NCBI GenBank assembly: GCA_965219535.1
Contig: CBDCNV010000001.1
Location: 630,001 to 662,000, forward strand
Reading direction: 5' to 3'
Source: Opitutales bacterium
GTDB lineage: Bacteria; Verrucomicrobiota; Verrucomicrobiia; Opitutales; PNEW01
Length of the DNA stretch: 32,000 nucleotides
Part shown: in pieces, positions 10,927 to 20,712 of the stretch
Layout: each line of letters begins with the position of its first letter
Position numbering within the stretch: the first letter of the stretch is position 1
Notes under the pieces: generated by a model
The model's database searches: none
Told to the model about the DNA's origin: nothing
What the model saw: only the letters and a program-made list of their open reading frames with translations
Made by a program: the position numbers and the translations under genes

Positions 10927-11640
10927 TCATTCCTGGGAATCGCGCGGTCTATCATTTCCGGGGTTAGGCTGCCTCGACCGGGGTTTACCGCGCCTTCGAT
11001 TTCTCGATTGATTTAAATTCCGCGTTTCGCCATTGCCAGCGTTTGAGTTACTGCCTCTCACCTGATTGCGATTTCCCCTATTCCGACCGTCGCGGCGATT
11101 TTTGTTACTGCTTTGACTCTGATCACTATCCCGATTGCCCTGACGATTCCGGGTATCATTATTATTGTTCCCGCCTTGTCGGCGATTTCTACCTCCTGAA
11201 CGTCGATTCCGATAGTTTTTTCTATAGCGTCCTCTTCTCCCTTGCTGATCTCCAGATTTGCGCTGAGGGAAATCAGGAAGAAATAAATAACTAAACAAGA
11301 TTTTAATATATCCTAAAAGCGATCGTATTATGTTCTTACGCGGATACGGGGCAGATTTTTTATTTTCATAGCGCCGACTGGAGACATAGGGTTTGTAAGG
11401 TGTAGGTTTACTTTGTTTAACATCTACAATTCTTTGCCTTGGCTTATTCTCTTGTCTTTCGGATTTCTGATTTTCCCGCCGGCGTGGTGTGTATTCGATA
11501 ACTTCACCATCATGAGGTGCCATGGGTGATGAAGTCTGGCTTCCAGATTCAATGCTCCTTTGACCCGGACTTCCCTTTGAACTGTCGTTATCATTGTCTT
11601 CGCTTGAATTATCGTTAATTGGATTGAGAAATTCTGGCAT
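10927..11640 (-). CDS. Hypothetical low-complexity protein: acidic N-terminus, one hydrophobic segment, R/N/G/Q/S-rich basic C-terminal half
   Basis: 237-codon ORF ending 9 nt before the murA start on the same strand. No recognisable domain. The C-terminal half consists of RNR/GRNR/NRR-type repeats. Confidence 0.55.
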   Translation of the reverse strand: MPEFLNPINDNSSEDNDNDSSKGSPGQRSIESGSQTSSPMAPHDGEVIEYTPRRRENQKSERQENKPRQRIVDVKQSKPTPYKPYVSSRRYENKKSAPYPRKNIIRSLLGYIKILFSYLFLPDFPQRKSGDQQGRRGRYRKNYRNRRSGGRNRRQGGNNNNDTRNRQGNRDSDQSQSSNKNRRDGRNRGNRNQVRGSNSNAGNGETRNLNQSRNRRRGKPRSRQPNPGNDRPRDSQE

Positions 11641-11981
11641 AATATAAATGCAAAATATAATTAAATTTGCTTAAAATGTGATTCGTTTTAACCCTCGATT
11701 CTCGATGTTTTCTACCATCAAACCCATATCCGGGCCATTAACAGGATTCAGATGAACTGAATTTAATAGGCAAACCCGATTTTGATGGATTTTATTAGAA
11801 TTAGGTCTCCTAAAGAATGGTTCAGCATGGTGATTTTTTAATAAGTCTCAATCATTTTTTAATGGGAATCGATTTTATTGAGTCTATTTTATATGTATTA
11901 TTGTCACATCGTGTAATCCATTGCAGACAACTAAAAGAACTTGCGTTTGATAATCACCTAAATGATACATAACTTTAAGGT

Positions 11982-12353
11982 ATGGACAAATTAGACGAAA
12001 TCTTTGATTTGCAAGATTCCCTCAACCAGCGTATCGGAGTGGATACGACAAACCTCTCAGACGAAGATAAAACTAAGTGGATTCTGAATTATACGCGGGC
12101 TATGCAACAGGAATTAGCAGAACTCGTCGATTCTGTTCCCTGGAAATGGTGGGCGAAATATCAGAAGTTTGATGAACAGAATGCTAAAGTCGAAATAGTC
12201 GATCTTTTTCACTTTCTTACCTCTCTCGCCCTCGTGATGGGAATGACCCCTGATGATGTTCATTCTGCATACCTTAAAAAGAATGAAGTTAATATTAAGC
12301 GTCAGGATAGCGGTTATAGAGCTAAGGATTTAGACGACTCCAAGCATATCTAA
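11982..12353 (+). CDS. All-alpha NTP pyrophosphohydrolase, dimeric-dUTPase-like (MazG superfamily)
   Basis: FDLQDSLNQRI, ELAELVDSVPWKWW and EIVDLFHFL motifs resemble the dimeric dUTPase/dCTPase family. Confidence 0.6.
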   Translation: MDKLDEIFDLQDSLNQRIGVDTTNLSDEDKTKWILNYTRAMQQELAELVDSVPWKWWAKYQKFDEQNAKVEIVDLFHFLTSLALVMGMTPDDVHSAYLKKNEVNIKRQDSGYRAKDLDDSKHI

Positions 12354-12451
12354 TGCCCTCTGATTTTATCGATCTTCTTTATAACGCTTTTTAATTTTAA
12401 TTTACTGATTGATCAATCTAATATTTTAAGGAGGGTGTAAAGAAGACCGTA

Positions 12452-13639
12452 TTATTTTTTTATAAAGAGCGCGAGTGAGGCGGTATAGCCATGTAAATAA
12501 CTATTATCGCCAACAGGGCCTATCTCACCGTTACAGAAGAAACCATTCAGGGGCAAGGGTCCAAGATGTTTTTGCACAAGTCCGGCGTCATGATTTGGCT
12601 GTCCAAATAGTCCTTCACCACGACCGTTACACGAGCACAGGCAGGCACCATAGATCGTAGTGTCGGCTAATTTATTTTTCTCACTCAGTAACATTTCATC
12701 CATGTCTTCGGATGCGGCCTGGGCATCTCTCAATTGAAATTGTATCGTCTGTCCCACGCGTGGATAAGCGCCGATGGCAATAGAACCCTTTTTGGGGTCA
12801 CCTCCAATTAAATTGCGAATGAGGAAATCGCCTCTTCCGAAATCTTCCCTGTATTCATCAATAACCAAACCAGTAAAGAGGTTACGATTTGCACGCGCTT
12901 TTATTTCGTCGGGTAAATCGTTTAAAGTATCAACAAGCAGATCAAAAGCGGGCCGGTTTCCGATTTTATGAATAATATTTTCTTCTACTTGTGTGATCGT
13001 CCAAGTTTCACCTATTGGCGTGCAACCTTGGGATATGATACTTTTTAAAGCGATATCACCGCCAACGGATAATGCGACCACGCCTTCATCGAATATCGTC
13101 CCGTCAAGGTAAAGAAAAGTCTGGTGTTCACCCGGATTACCGCTGGCCAGCCCGCCAACAATCGGTTTTGGCGCAAATGCAGTATTCCAGGCATCAAGCC
13201 ACTTATCACTTCTCAAGTGAAAGGGATCAGCGAAAAGCAGCCACCCATTGTTTTCATTTTCGCTGCCACCTGTTAATTTCAAGAGGGAGTCATCTTCCTC
13301 CAGATTATTAACCTGATCCGCGTTGAGCGCAAAGGCACGCAGATCAGCTCCGGGCAGGTGAAAAAGGGAGAGGGCCATTCCACCCCGCTGTTCGATCTCC
13401 TCACCATTGATAATGATTCCATGACTGCTGCAGCCCATGAGTAGAGGAACACGGGCATGGACACGAATTATTTCCATGACTTTATGCGCGTGCTCGAACA
13501 AAGGAGGTGTTAGAAATATCAAACCCAACGACACCTTTTCATCGATTAATTGCTTGCGCAGCTCTTCGGCCCAGGATTCGAGTTTATTTTCTTTAAAGTC
13601 CTGGTCCCAAAGTGCGGATATAGCGTAAGATTGGGGCAT
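12452..13639 (-). CDS. FIST-domain (FIST_N + FIST_C) sensor-type protein
   Basis: Size and the C-terminal ...LNGFFCNGEIGPVG...SYLHGYTASLALF are characteristic of the FIST_C ending. Confidence 0.7.
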   Translation of the reverse strand: MPQSYAISALWDQDFKENKLESWAEELRKQLIDEKVSLGLIFLTPPLFEHAHKVMEIIRVHARVPLLMGCSSHGIIINGEEIEQRGGMALSLFHLPGADLRAFALNADQVNNLEEDDSLLKLTGGSENENNGWLLFADPFHLRSDKWLDAWNTAFAPKPIVGGLASGNPGEHQTFLYLDGTIFDEGVVALSVGGDIALKSIISQGCTPIGETWTITQVEENIIHKIGNRPAFDLLVDTLNDLPDEIKARANRNLFTGLVIDEYREDFGRGDFLIRNLIGGDPKKGSIAIGAYPRVGQTIQFQLRDAQAASEDMDEMLLSEKNKLADTTIYGACLCSCNGRGEGLFGQPNHDAGLVQKHLGPLPLNGFFCNGEIGPVGDNSYLHGYTASLALFIKK

Positions 13640-13788
13640 GTTGAATTAAGTTCTATAGTTTCATGACGCGTAATTATTGAGGCGAGAGAAAAAAACGATT
13701 TATAGCAAAACAATGTAATTAATTTCTGAATTTGCTTCACCCTGTTCACTACGATTATTAAATATTCCTAAAAGGGATCTTCGAAAAG

Positions 13789-14061
13789 ATGGCAGCGATA
13801 ACAGTAACGAAGACAAGCGGGGGTAAATATGAGGTCATTGTCGCGATGCAAACGACAACGACTCATTCAGTGACCCTGACCGACGACTATTACCGCGAAC
13901 TTTCTGGGGGACATGTCACCGAGGAAGAATTAATACAAAGGTCATTTGCTTTTCTATTGGAACGCGAGAGCAATACAATGATCCTGCGGCAATTCGATCT
14001 TCCACTGATCGGAAGTTATTTCCCGGAGTTCGAGGAAACGATCAAGCAGTCTTTTGCGTGA
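13789..14061 (+). CDS. Conserved hypothetical small protein (90 aa)
   Basis: Clean ORF diverging from the FIST gene. The ...SFAFLLERE...ILRQFDL..IG.YFPE pattern looks like a conserved family of unknown function. Confidence 0.5.
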   Translation: MAAITVTKTSGGKYEVIVAMQTTTTHSVTLTDDYYRELSGGHVTEEELIQRSFAFLLERESNTMILRQFDLPLIGSYFPEFEETIKQSFA

Positions 14062-14091
14062 TATAGATGATCGCGCTTACTGAAGAATATT

Positions 14092-15279
14092 CTAGCTTAA
14101 ATTCCGCCATTCCAGCATCAGAAATTTGAATGGCTTATCCCCAATAACTTTGTAGCTATGTTTTACAAAACGGGGAAAAAAAACGAGCTCACCCTGTCCC
14201 GCCTCTTTTTCCACTTCACCCATTTCGAATAGAGCTTTTCCTTCTAAAACATAAAATGCCTGTTCCATATCCGAATGCGCGTGGACTTCGGTGTGTCCAC
14301 CCGGTTCGTATTCGACAAGACCGATAATGGCGGCTTCCGAGTTGGCTTTTTCATCGAAATAATCCGGTATCTCAAGACAGTTAATATAGGTTGAAGAGCT
14401 GACCCCATGGTGGCCCTGCCCGGCCTTGGCCTCCTGCATTCTCGCTAAAGGTTTAATCTTTTCTGAAAAAATCAAACTTGATCGCCGGGCAAGCGTGAGA
14501 TCATTCATTTCAACCAAGCCTAAATCATATCCCCTACAGGGTTCAACATTCCAGACATTTACTCTCGTATTATCATCCACGTTAAACTTCTCATAACAGC
14601 GAAAGCCATATTGGAGAATACTGTTCTTCTTTTCCTGACCGCTAATAATAAAAAGTATTCCATCCGGGCTAAAAACTAAACCCCGAGGAGCTACCAGACG
14701 GTTTTCTATAATTTCTCCATTTAACTGCAGCGTATCATCACTTGGGATCAAACGGAGAATGCGGTTATTTTTTGTGTCGCTGATAAAGATTTCTTTCCAG
14801 TGACTGACTGCCGCAGCGAAGAGATGACTGCCTTTTATCGTGATGACTCTTTCGGTCGTGACTGTGTCTTCCGGATTCACTTTTGGGATTAGCCGGTCTA
14901 TGTGATCGCCGGCTATACCATATACCTTATTATCAATGACAAAAAAGTCTGAGTAATCAGAATTTGCGTCATTCCTGAATACCTCCTCAACCTGCTCAGT
15001 TACCAAGATACGCATCCCTTCGATTGCATTTTCCGGATCCCCTTTATATTGAATTAAACTATCATTTGTGGAGTCGAATAGAAGATGTCCGTTTTTTTGC
15101 CCTTGAGCAGTGTAGCCATTTAAAATATTTCCATTCGACATTTTTATCCTCGCCGTGGGAAAAAAATCGGGGAAGTCTCTATCTGTATATTTTCTTGTCT
15201 CGCGAGCCTGACCATCACGACCAATCTCATATTGTAATAGTTCATTTTCCCCACTCAGAAGAAACAGTTTATATTCCAT
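14092..15279 (-). CDS. Beta-propeller (NHL/SMP-30-like repeats) fused to a C-terminal cupin domain
   Basis: The track ORF runs to 15441, but that extension overlaps the divergent gene. ATG at 15279 (MEYKLFLLSG) is preferred. IFISDTKNNRILRLIP and PRGLVFSPDGILFI are propeller-blade-like. GGHTEVHAHSDMEQAFYVLEG...FFPRFVKHSY is a two-motif cupin. Confidence 0.6.
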   Translation of the reverse strand: MEYKLFLLSGENELLQYEIGRDGQARETRKYTDRDFPDFFPTARIKMSNGNILNGYTAQGQKNGHLLFDSTNDSLIQYKGDPENAIEGMRILVTEQVEEVFRNDANSDYSDFFVIDNKVYGIAGDHIDRLIPKVNPEDTVTTERVITIKGSHLFAAAVSHWKEIFISDTKNNRILRLIPSDDTLQLNGEIIENRLVAPRGLVFSPDGILFIISGQEKKNSILQYGFRCYEKFNVDDNTRVNVWNVEPCRGYDLGLVEMNDLTLARRSSLIFSEKIKPLARMQEAKAGQGHHGVSSSTYINCLEIPDYFDEKANSEAAIIGLVEYEPGGHTEVHAHSDMEQAFYVLEGKALFEMGEVEKEAGQGELVFFPRFVKHSYKVIGDKPFKFLMLEWRNLS

Positions 15280-15341
15280 GATAAGAATTCCTTTAATAAT
15301 TAAATATAGTTCCCAAGTGATTACCTGTTGGAATTTAAGAT

Positions 15342-16487
15342 ATGAAGATAGAAGAAATCCACAATAACGAAACCTTGCGAAGGCAACAATTTCCGGTTGC
15401 TGAAAAGGGAATATTTCTCGCAAATGCCTCGGTTTGCCCATTACCCATGTGCGTAGCCGAAGCGATGAGCGAATATGTAATTCGTGCGACCCAAGGTGAC
15501 CAGGAACTGCTATTTACGCCTGCCTTGTTTGGTGAAATCCGAAAACTTGCCGCTGAGCTACTGGTTTGCGATTCAGCGGATATCGCATTAATTGGACCTA
15601 CTTCAATCAGCTTATCTCTCGTCGCCAATGGGCTGCAGTTTAAAAACGGAGAGAATATCATCTACGCTCCTGACGATTACCCGTCAAACGCAGTTGTCTG
15701 GATGAACTTGGAGAAACGCGGAGTTGAAGCACGACCTGTCTTCCCTTCAGAGCCGGGGCGCATAACACTGGATGATATCAGTGCGTGCATTGATGATAAT
15801 ACACGCCTCGTGGCACTTTCTTCAGCTCACTTTATAAGTGGGTATCAAGTTGATATTGATACAATCGGTGCGTGGTTAAAGGAGCGTAATATCCTTTTCA
15901 GTATTGATGGCATTCAATCGCTGGGTGCGATAAGAACGCCGATCAGAAATGTGGACTTTTTTGCTGCGGACGCGCATAAATGGCTCCTTGGCCCCTGCGC
16001 GGCGGGCATCTTTTACGTAAGCCCGAAAGCGCGCGAAATACTCGAACCCAGCCTCCTTGGCTGGAGTAATGTTATTTGCCCGAATTACGTCACACCGGAA
16101 ACGATTAAATTTAAAAACGATGCGCGGCGATATGAAGCGGGCAGCGCAAATCTCGCTGGGTTAGCGGGGATGCATGCCGCGATTCAAATGTTATTAGACT
16201 ACGGGTTGGCTGAAATCGAAAAGACAATACTCAGCCATACACGCTATCTGAGGGAAACTTTGAATGACAAGGGCTACACCTTAGCGAGTTCAGATCCTAA
16301 TCGACTGTCCGGTATCACTTCCTGTCGCAAAGAGGATATCGATATGGCTGCATTGCACGAGAAACTGACCGAGGCAAATATAACGGTTTCATTGCGACAG
16401 ACGCGCGATAAAAAGTTCTGGTTGAGATTTTCACCTCACTTTTTCAATACACGTGATGAACTGGATAGCGTAATAAGTCTTCTTTGA
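15342..16487 (+). CDS. Class V aminotransferase / cysteine-desulfurase-like PLP enzyme
   Basis: FFAADAHKWLLGP (PLP-lysine motif), a fold-type I layout, 381 aa. Confidence 0.75.
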   Translation: MKIEEIHNNETLRRQQFPVAEKGIFLANASVCPLPMCVAEAMSEYVIRATQGDQELLFTPALFGEIRKLAAELLVCDSADIALIGPTSISLSLVANGLQFKNGENIIYAPDDYPSNAVVWMNLEKRGVEARPVFPSEPGRITLDDISACIDDNTRLVALSSAHFISGYQVDIDTIGAWLKERNILFSIDGIQSLGAIRTPIRNVDFFAADAHKWLLGPCAAGIFYVSPKAREILEPSLLGWSNVICPNYVTPETIKFKNDARRYEAGSANLAGLAGMHAAIQMLLDYGLAEIEKTILSHTRYLRETLNDKGYTLASSDPNRLSGITSCRKEDIDMAALHEKLTEANITVSLRQTRDKKFWLRFSPHFFNTRDELDSVISLL

Positions 16488-16502
16488 TCTTCTTCGTGGT
16501 AT

Positions 16503-18233
16503 CTATTTACTTGATAAATAAGACTTCACTTGCGCAAGCGATCGCGTGTTAAAAATATTGTCTGCGGTTAATCCTCCTTTTCGAGCGGATAAGACCCCCG
16601 CTCGGATATAATCCAAACTCTGCGCATTGTGGGCATCTGGATTTATGCTGCACAGCAATCCTTTCGCTGACGCATTCTTCCATAGTCTCCAATCCATATC
16701 CAGACGTAGGGGGCTGGCGTTCAACTCGATAATCTTTCCGTTGGCGATGGCCGCGTCGATCACTTTATGTTCGTCGACTTTATAGCCTTCACGTCGAAGC
16801 AAAAGGCGTCCGGTTAAGTGTCCGAGCATGGTTGTATAAGGTTGTTCTATTGCTTTAATGATTCGTTTAGTCTGCGCTTCTTCAGACAGGCTGAACGAGC
16901 TGTGTACGGATACGACGACATAATCCAGTTGAGAAAGGATAGAAGAATCAAGATCAAGGGTTCCATCGGCAAGAATATCGCATTCGATTCCCGTGAAAAC
17001 ATGGATTTTAAACTCTTTAGAGTCGTTCAGCTTATTTATTTCGATAATTTGTTTTTCGATACGCTCTTCATTTAACCCATTGGCTTGAAAACTGGCTTTG
17101 GAGTGATCGGCAATTCCGAGATACTCCCAGCCGAACGATTCTGCAGCGAGAGTCATCTCTTTAAGCGTATTACTGCCGTCGGAAGCTGTCGTATGATTAT
17201 GAAATACACCACGGATAGCCTCTTCCTCGATCAGGTGCGGGAGTTGACCTTTTTCCGCTTCCTCGATTTCATCTCGGCCCTCGCGTAATTCCGGAGGTAT
17301 ATAATTCAGATCCAGTTTTTCAAAGAGGTCTTTTTCACTTGGAATTTTTGTTATCGCTTTTTTTGTGCTGTCCTCTTCAGGTGTTAAACCCCACTCGCTC
17401 AAGCTGTAGCCAAGTCCCAGTGCGCGATGGCGCATTTTAATATTGTGCTCTTTAGATCCAGTGAAGTGGTGCAGGGTAAAGTAATAGTGATCAATGGGTA
17501 CGACACGCAGGTCTGCTTGCAATCCCGTATCAAACCGCACGCTGGATTTTGTATCTCCCTTAGCGGTGACTTCCGTTACGTTTTCACGCGATGTAAACCA
17601 GTCCATAACCGGAATAGGATTCTCTGCAGCAACAATGAAATCCAAATCGCCCACCGTTTCCATGCCCCGACGCAGACTTCCAGCACAATCAGCTATTTCT
17701 ACTTCTTTCAGTAAACGCAACCCTTCAATAATAGGGGCGGCAATCTTGTTCGCTCTCCACCAGAGGTGACGTTTACTGTATGCTTTACGGTTTTTGATTC
17801 CAACAAGGATTTTTTCCTCCGTTTTCTTCCCGAAACCATCCAGATTTTCCACATCGCCTGCGCGACAAGATTTTTCGAGTTTTTCAATGCTGTCGATCGC
17901 CAGCTCGCTGCGAAGGACTTTAATTTTTTTTGCCCCGAGGCCAGGGATATCCAACATTTCGACAAGACCGCTTGGCACTGAACTTTTCAAATCATCGTAG
18001 TACTTCAGCTCATTGGTATCGTATAATGTCTCAATCTTTTTTGACAATGCATCTCCGATTCCTTTGACCTTTTTAAGTCGACTCTCACCGATGACGGTTC
18101 CGAGTTCTTCATCCATGCTTTCCAGGGCGCGCGCACCGCTTTGATAAGCGCGTACTTTAAAAGGGTTTTCTCCATTCAATTCTAAGAGAACAGCAATCTC
18201 ATCCAGAATATCGGCAATTTCGTTTTTTTCCAT
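16503..18233 (-). CDS. polX: Family X DNA polymerase with C-terminal PHP (3'-5' exonuclease/phosphoesterase) domain
   Basis: NPFKVRAYQ helix-hairpin-helix start, GSLRRGMETVGDLDF catalytic aspartates, PHP motifs HNHTTASDG and ADHS. ATG at 18233 (MEKNEIADILDEIA) is preferred over the track start at 18371, which overlaps the upstream gene. Confidence 0.85.
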   Translation of the reverse strand: MEKNEIADILDEIAVLLELNGENPFKVRAYQSGARALESMDEELGTVIGESRLKKVKGIGDALSKKIETLYDTNELKYYDDLKSSVPSGLVEMLDIPGLGAKKIKVLRSELAIDSIEKLEKSCRAGDVENLDGFGKKTEEKILVGIKNRKAYSKRHLWWRANKIAAPIIEGLRLLKEVEIADCAGSLRRGMETVGDLDFIVAAENPIPVMDWFTSRENVTEVTAKGDTKSSVRFDTGLQADLRVVPIDHYYFTLHHFTGSKEHNIKMRHRALGLGYSLSEWGLTPEEDSTKKAITKIPSEKDLFEKLDLNYIPPELREGRDEIEEAEKGQLPHLIEEEAIRGVFHNHTTASDGSNTLKEMTLAAESFGWEYLGIADHSKASFQANGLNEERIEKQIIEINKLNDSKEFKIHVFTGIECDILADGTLDLDSSILSQLDYVVVSVHSSFSLSEEAQTKRIIKAIEQPYTTMLGHLTGRLLLRREGYKVDEHKVIDAAIANGKIIELNASPLRLDMDWRLWKNASAKGLLCSINPDAHNAQSLDYIRAGVLSARKGGLTADNIFNTRSLAQVKSYLSSK

Positions 18234-18243
18234 GGTTAGATTA

Positions 18244-18774
18244 TTACCAGACGGCTTCGTATTCTTCAGGAACGAGTGCCCAATCTTTTCCGTAGACGTG
18301 GATTTGTTTTTTAGTTCTACCTTCTTTATCAGTAAAATAATTACGATGATGTGCCCACGCAAGGACGCCACCTTTCAGATTGCGCGCATTTATTTTCCCC
18401 TCTCTAAGCTTTTTTGCATATAAACCACTACGGTATCCAATGGTAAAATAGGTAATTATGTTCGCATCGCCATATTTCCCCTTATTTTTTTCAAATTCTT
18501 CTTTTGGAATTGAAGTTGGAATAAATGACACGGCCCGTTCTTCAGGACTGCGCACGTCAACGATAACAAGATTCCGGTCATCCATTTTATTCTTTAGCTC
18601 TTCGACCGTGAAAGAGGGTACTTTGGGGAAATGGTTATTTTTATACTCATCAAACATTGCTTCAATTTTTTGCCACCGCGATTCTTGAGTAAGCATTTCA
18701 TTTTGCTTTTGACCGCAGGCCACAATGAAAAGAGCCGCCAAAAGAAGCATATAATTCTGACTAAATCTTATCAC
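18244..18774 (-). CDS. Rhodanese-domain lipoprotein
   Basis: Lipobox LFIVAC followed by a rhodanese-like LVIVDVRSPEE segment. The stop lies 10 nt upstream of the polX start. Confidence 0.65.
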   Translation of the reverse strand: MIRFSQNYMLLLAALFIVACGQKQNEMLTQESRWQKIEAMFDEYKNNHFPKVPSFTVEELKNKMDDRNLVIVDVRSPEERAVSFIPTSIPKEEFEKNKGKYGDANIITYFTIGYRSGLYAKKLREGKINARNLKGGVLAWAHHRNYFTDKEGRTKKQIHVYGKDWALVPEEYEAVW

Positions 18775-18894
18775 TTATTCCTCATATTTTCGTGTAAGGT
18801 GCTGACGAGGAGTAAAAGGTACCAAGATAATGAGGGGTTACCCTGGTATGGGGGAAAGAGATCGGCTACCTATAGGTTATATGTAAGTAAATTT

Positions 18895-19671
18895 CTAGGT
18901 TTTACTTAATTTATTATCAATTATCGAAGCCCCCGCTTTCAAAAAGGGTTCAGCGAAATATTGGGGATACTCACCGGGCTTATTTACCAATGGGGCGGGC
19001 GAATACTGAGCGAGATAAACACGCCGCGTCGTACCGGTTGTATTTGGCCCGCTGCGATGAAAAGTGAGCGAAGAAAAAACCGCGATACTGCCTGCCGGGG
19101 CATTTATAGGTTCGCCGGGATCATCACCAGAATAGCCGACACGGTCGTTGGTTTCTTCATCTTTAATATGTTCTGCCAGTTCTCGCTTGCCGTATCGACT
19201 GATGGGTAAGAGGTATGCCGTTCCGTTTTCTTCATTAACATCGTCTAGTGCACACCAACAGGTCAGGTGCTCGGGATGGTCACCAATGCGCGCCTGGACA
19301 TAAGCGGAATCCTGATGCCAGCTGAATTTCATACCCGTTTTACCGCTTTTAACCACGTATTGATCGTTATGAAAATAGGCGTTATCACCGATCGTTGCGC
19401 GGCAGATAGAAGCCATGAGATCACTAAAAATAAAGCTCCCTAATCGGGGGTGTGTGCGATAGGATTGTCCACAAAAATAGCGTTTCCCCCGATGGTTTAT
19501 TCCGAGCACATCGGTGCCTTTGAGGTCCATCTCTGCATCTATTTCATCGACTGCGGACTGGCATTCAGAGCGCAGCAACTGGAGATCAGCATCGGGGATT
19601 ATCGACTCCAATATAAAATAGCCGTCGACTTCATATTGCCTGATTTTTTCTTCCGGAATTTCGAAATCCAT
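18895..19671 (-). CDS. Phytanoyl-CoA dioxygenase (PhyH) family Fe(II)/2-oxoglutarate oxygenase
   Basis: YEVDGYFILE N-terminus, WHQDSAY (HxD iron ligands), FHRSGPNTT distal His/Arg region. Confidence 0.8.
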   Translation of the reverse strand: MDFEIPEEKIRQYEVDGYFILESIIPDADLQLLRSECQSAVDEIDAEMDLKGTDVLGINHRGKRYFCGQSYRTHPRLGSFIFSDLMASICRATIGDNAYFHNDQYVVKSGKTGMKFSWHQDSAYVQARIGDHPEHLTCWCALDDVNEENGTAYLLPISRYGKRELAEHIKDEETNDRVGYSGDDPGEPINAPAGSIAVFSSLTFHRSGPNTTGTTRRVYLAQYSPAPLVNKPGEYPQYFAEPFLKAGASIIDNKLSKT

Positions 19672-19901
19672 CTCTTATAATTCGTGAGTATTCGTAGAAT
19701 ACAGTGAGGGTCAAGGGCTATTCAGAGAGTAGGCCGATCGTTTTTCTATTTTTTTGCGTAAAGAATCAACTATAACTGGAGCCGCCGATAAAAACCTTTT
19801 AATAGACTCGCCTCTTTCCAAGGATCAGCGTTCTAATGATACCGGAAAAGGAGTTGTGAGACCTATTATAAAAGACTAAAAATCACAAAATAATTTCTTA
19901 A

Positions 19902-20675
19902 ATGATGAATGATGTTTTAAATATAGATTATTACAATTCCTTTGTTCAATGGTCGAGTCCAACTGATGACCATACCCCGCGGGTTGCACTTCATGCGGGA
20001 TGTAGAATTCGGGAAAAAGATGGGAAATTTAGACAGTATTATCTAGGCTATCCCTGTGCGGGTGAGCAAATGTATGTGGAAAAGAATATATTTCACCAGC
20101 CGACATTGGATGTTCACTTTGTTTACTCTGAGGATGGTCAATTAATGTTTGTTAAACACTTTGCCGATGCCCCTGGATTTTCGCGGTCAGCCAATCGTCT
20201 CGGTGAAACTGTGCCGACCCATGATGGGAAGGGTTCGACGATTACAGAAATGAATACGGGCATTAGAAATTTCACGCACGTTGTTGAGATGAATGATTAT
20301 CAAGATGTGCACGATGCAATGATGGGTAACCTCCCGATTCTCGGGAGAACCAGTTACACAACTTTAAAGGGTGATGAAGAGATCGATGTCGTATTAGAAT
20401 ATCCAGTAATGGTGATGAACGCCAGGCACAAGCACGATACCTGGCAGATTGATACCGGCCTGATTTTGGTTCCCGATTTTTCTATTAATTATAAGCTGGA
20501 AGTTGAGGTTTTTCGCCGCGCATACATCGTCTATAATAAATGGGATTATGCTGAACATGTTATGGAGTTGCCCGACAAGATTGGGGAAGCGGTTTTTCCC
20601 ATTGTCCAATTAACGGATCCTAAACCTTTAGCCCCGGTGGTCAGCAATCAGCTTTTTGTTGTTAAAACAATTTAA
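19902..20675 (+). CDS. Hypothetical protein (257 aa), no recognisable domain
   Basis: Clean ORF, first gene of a same-strand trio. No signal peptide or TM segment is visible. Confidence 0.5.
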   Translation: MMNDVLNIDYYNSFVQWSSPTDDHTPRVALHAGCRIREKDGKFRQYYLGYPCAGEQMYVEKNIFHQPTLDVHFVYSEDGQLMFVKHFADAPGFSRSANRLGETVPTHDGKGSTITEMNTGIRNFTHVVEMNDYQDVHDAMMGNLPILGRTSYTTLKGDEEIDVVLEYPVMVMNARHKHDTWQIDTGLILVPDFSINYKLEVEVFRRAYIVYNKWDYAEHVMELPDKIGEAVFPIVQLTDPKPLAPVVSNQLFVVKTI

Positions 20676-20712
20676 TTCATGTCGTCATAATCTAAACCTG
20701 GAAGGATGCGCG

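Noticed and set aside
15280-15441. 54-codon N-terminal extension of the propeller-cupin ORF in the track
   Set aside because: It would overlap the divergent aminotransferase gene by 100 nt and looks non-protein-like (…FARFRYCGFLLSSYLKF…). The internal ATG at 15279 begins a plausible N-terminus.
18234-18371. 46-codon N-terminal extension of PolX in the track
   Set aside because: It overlaps the 3' end of the rhodanese lipoprotein gene. PolX homologues start at the helix-hairpin-helix segment (MEKNEIADILDEIA) encoded from 18233.
20656-20712. 19-codon extension of the aminotransferase ORF that overlaps the upstream gene
   Set aside because: ATG at 20713 has a GGAAGGA Shine-Dalgarno-like sequence at suitable spacing. 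The extension has no family similarity.
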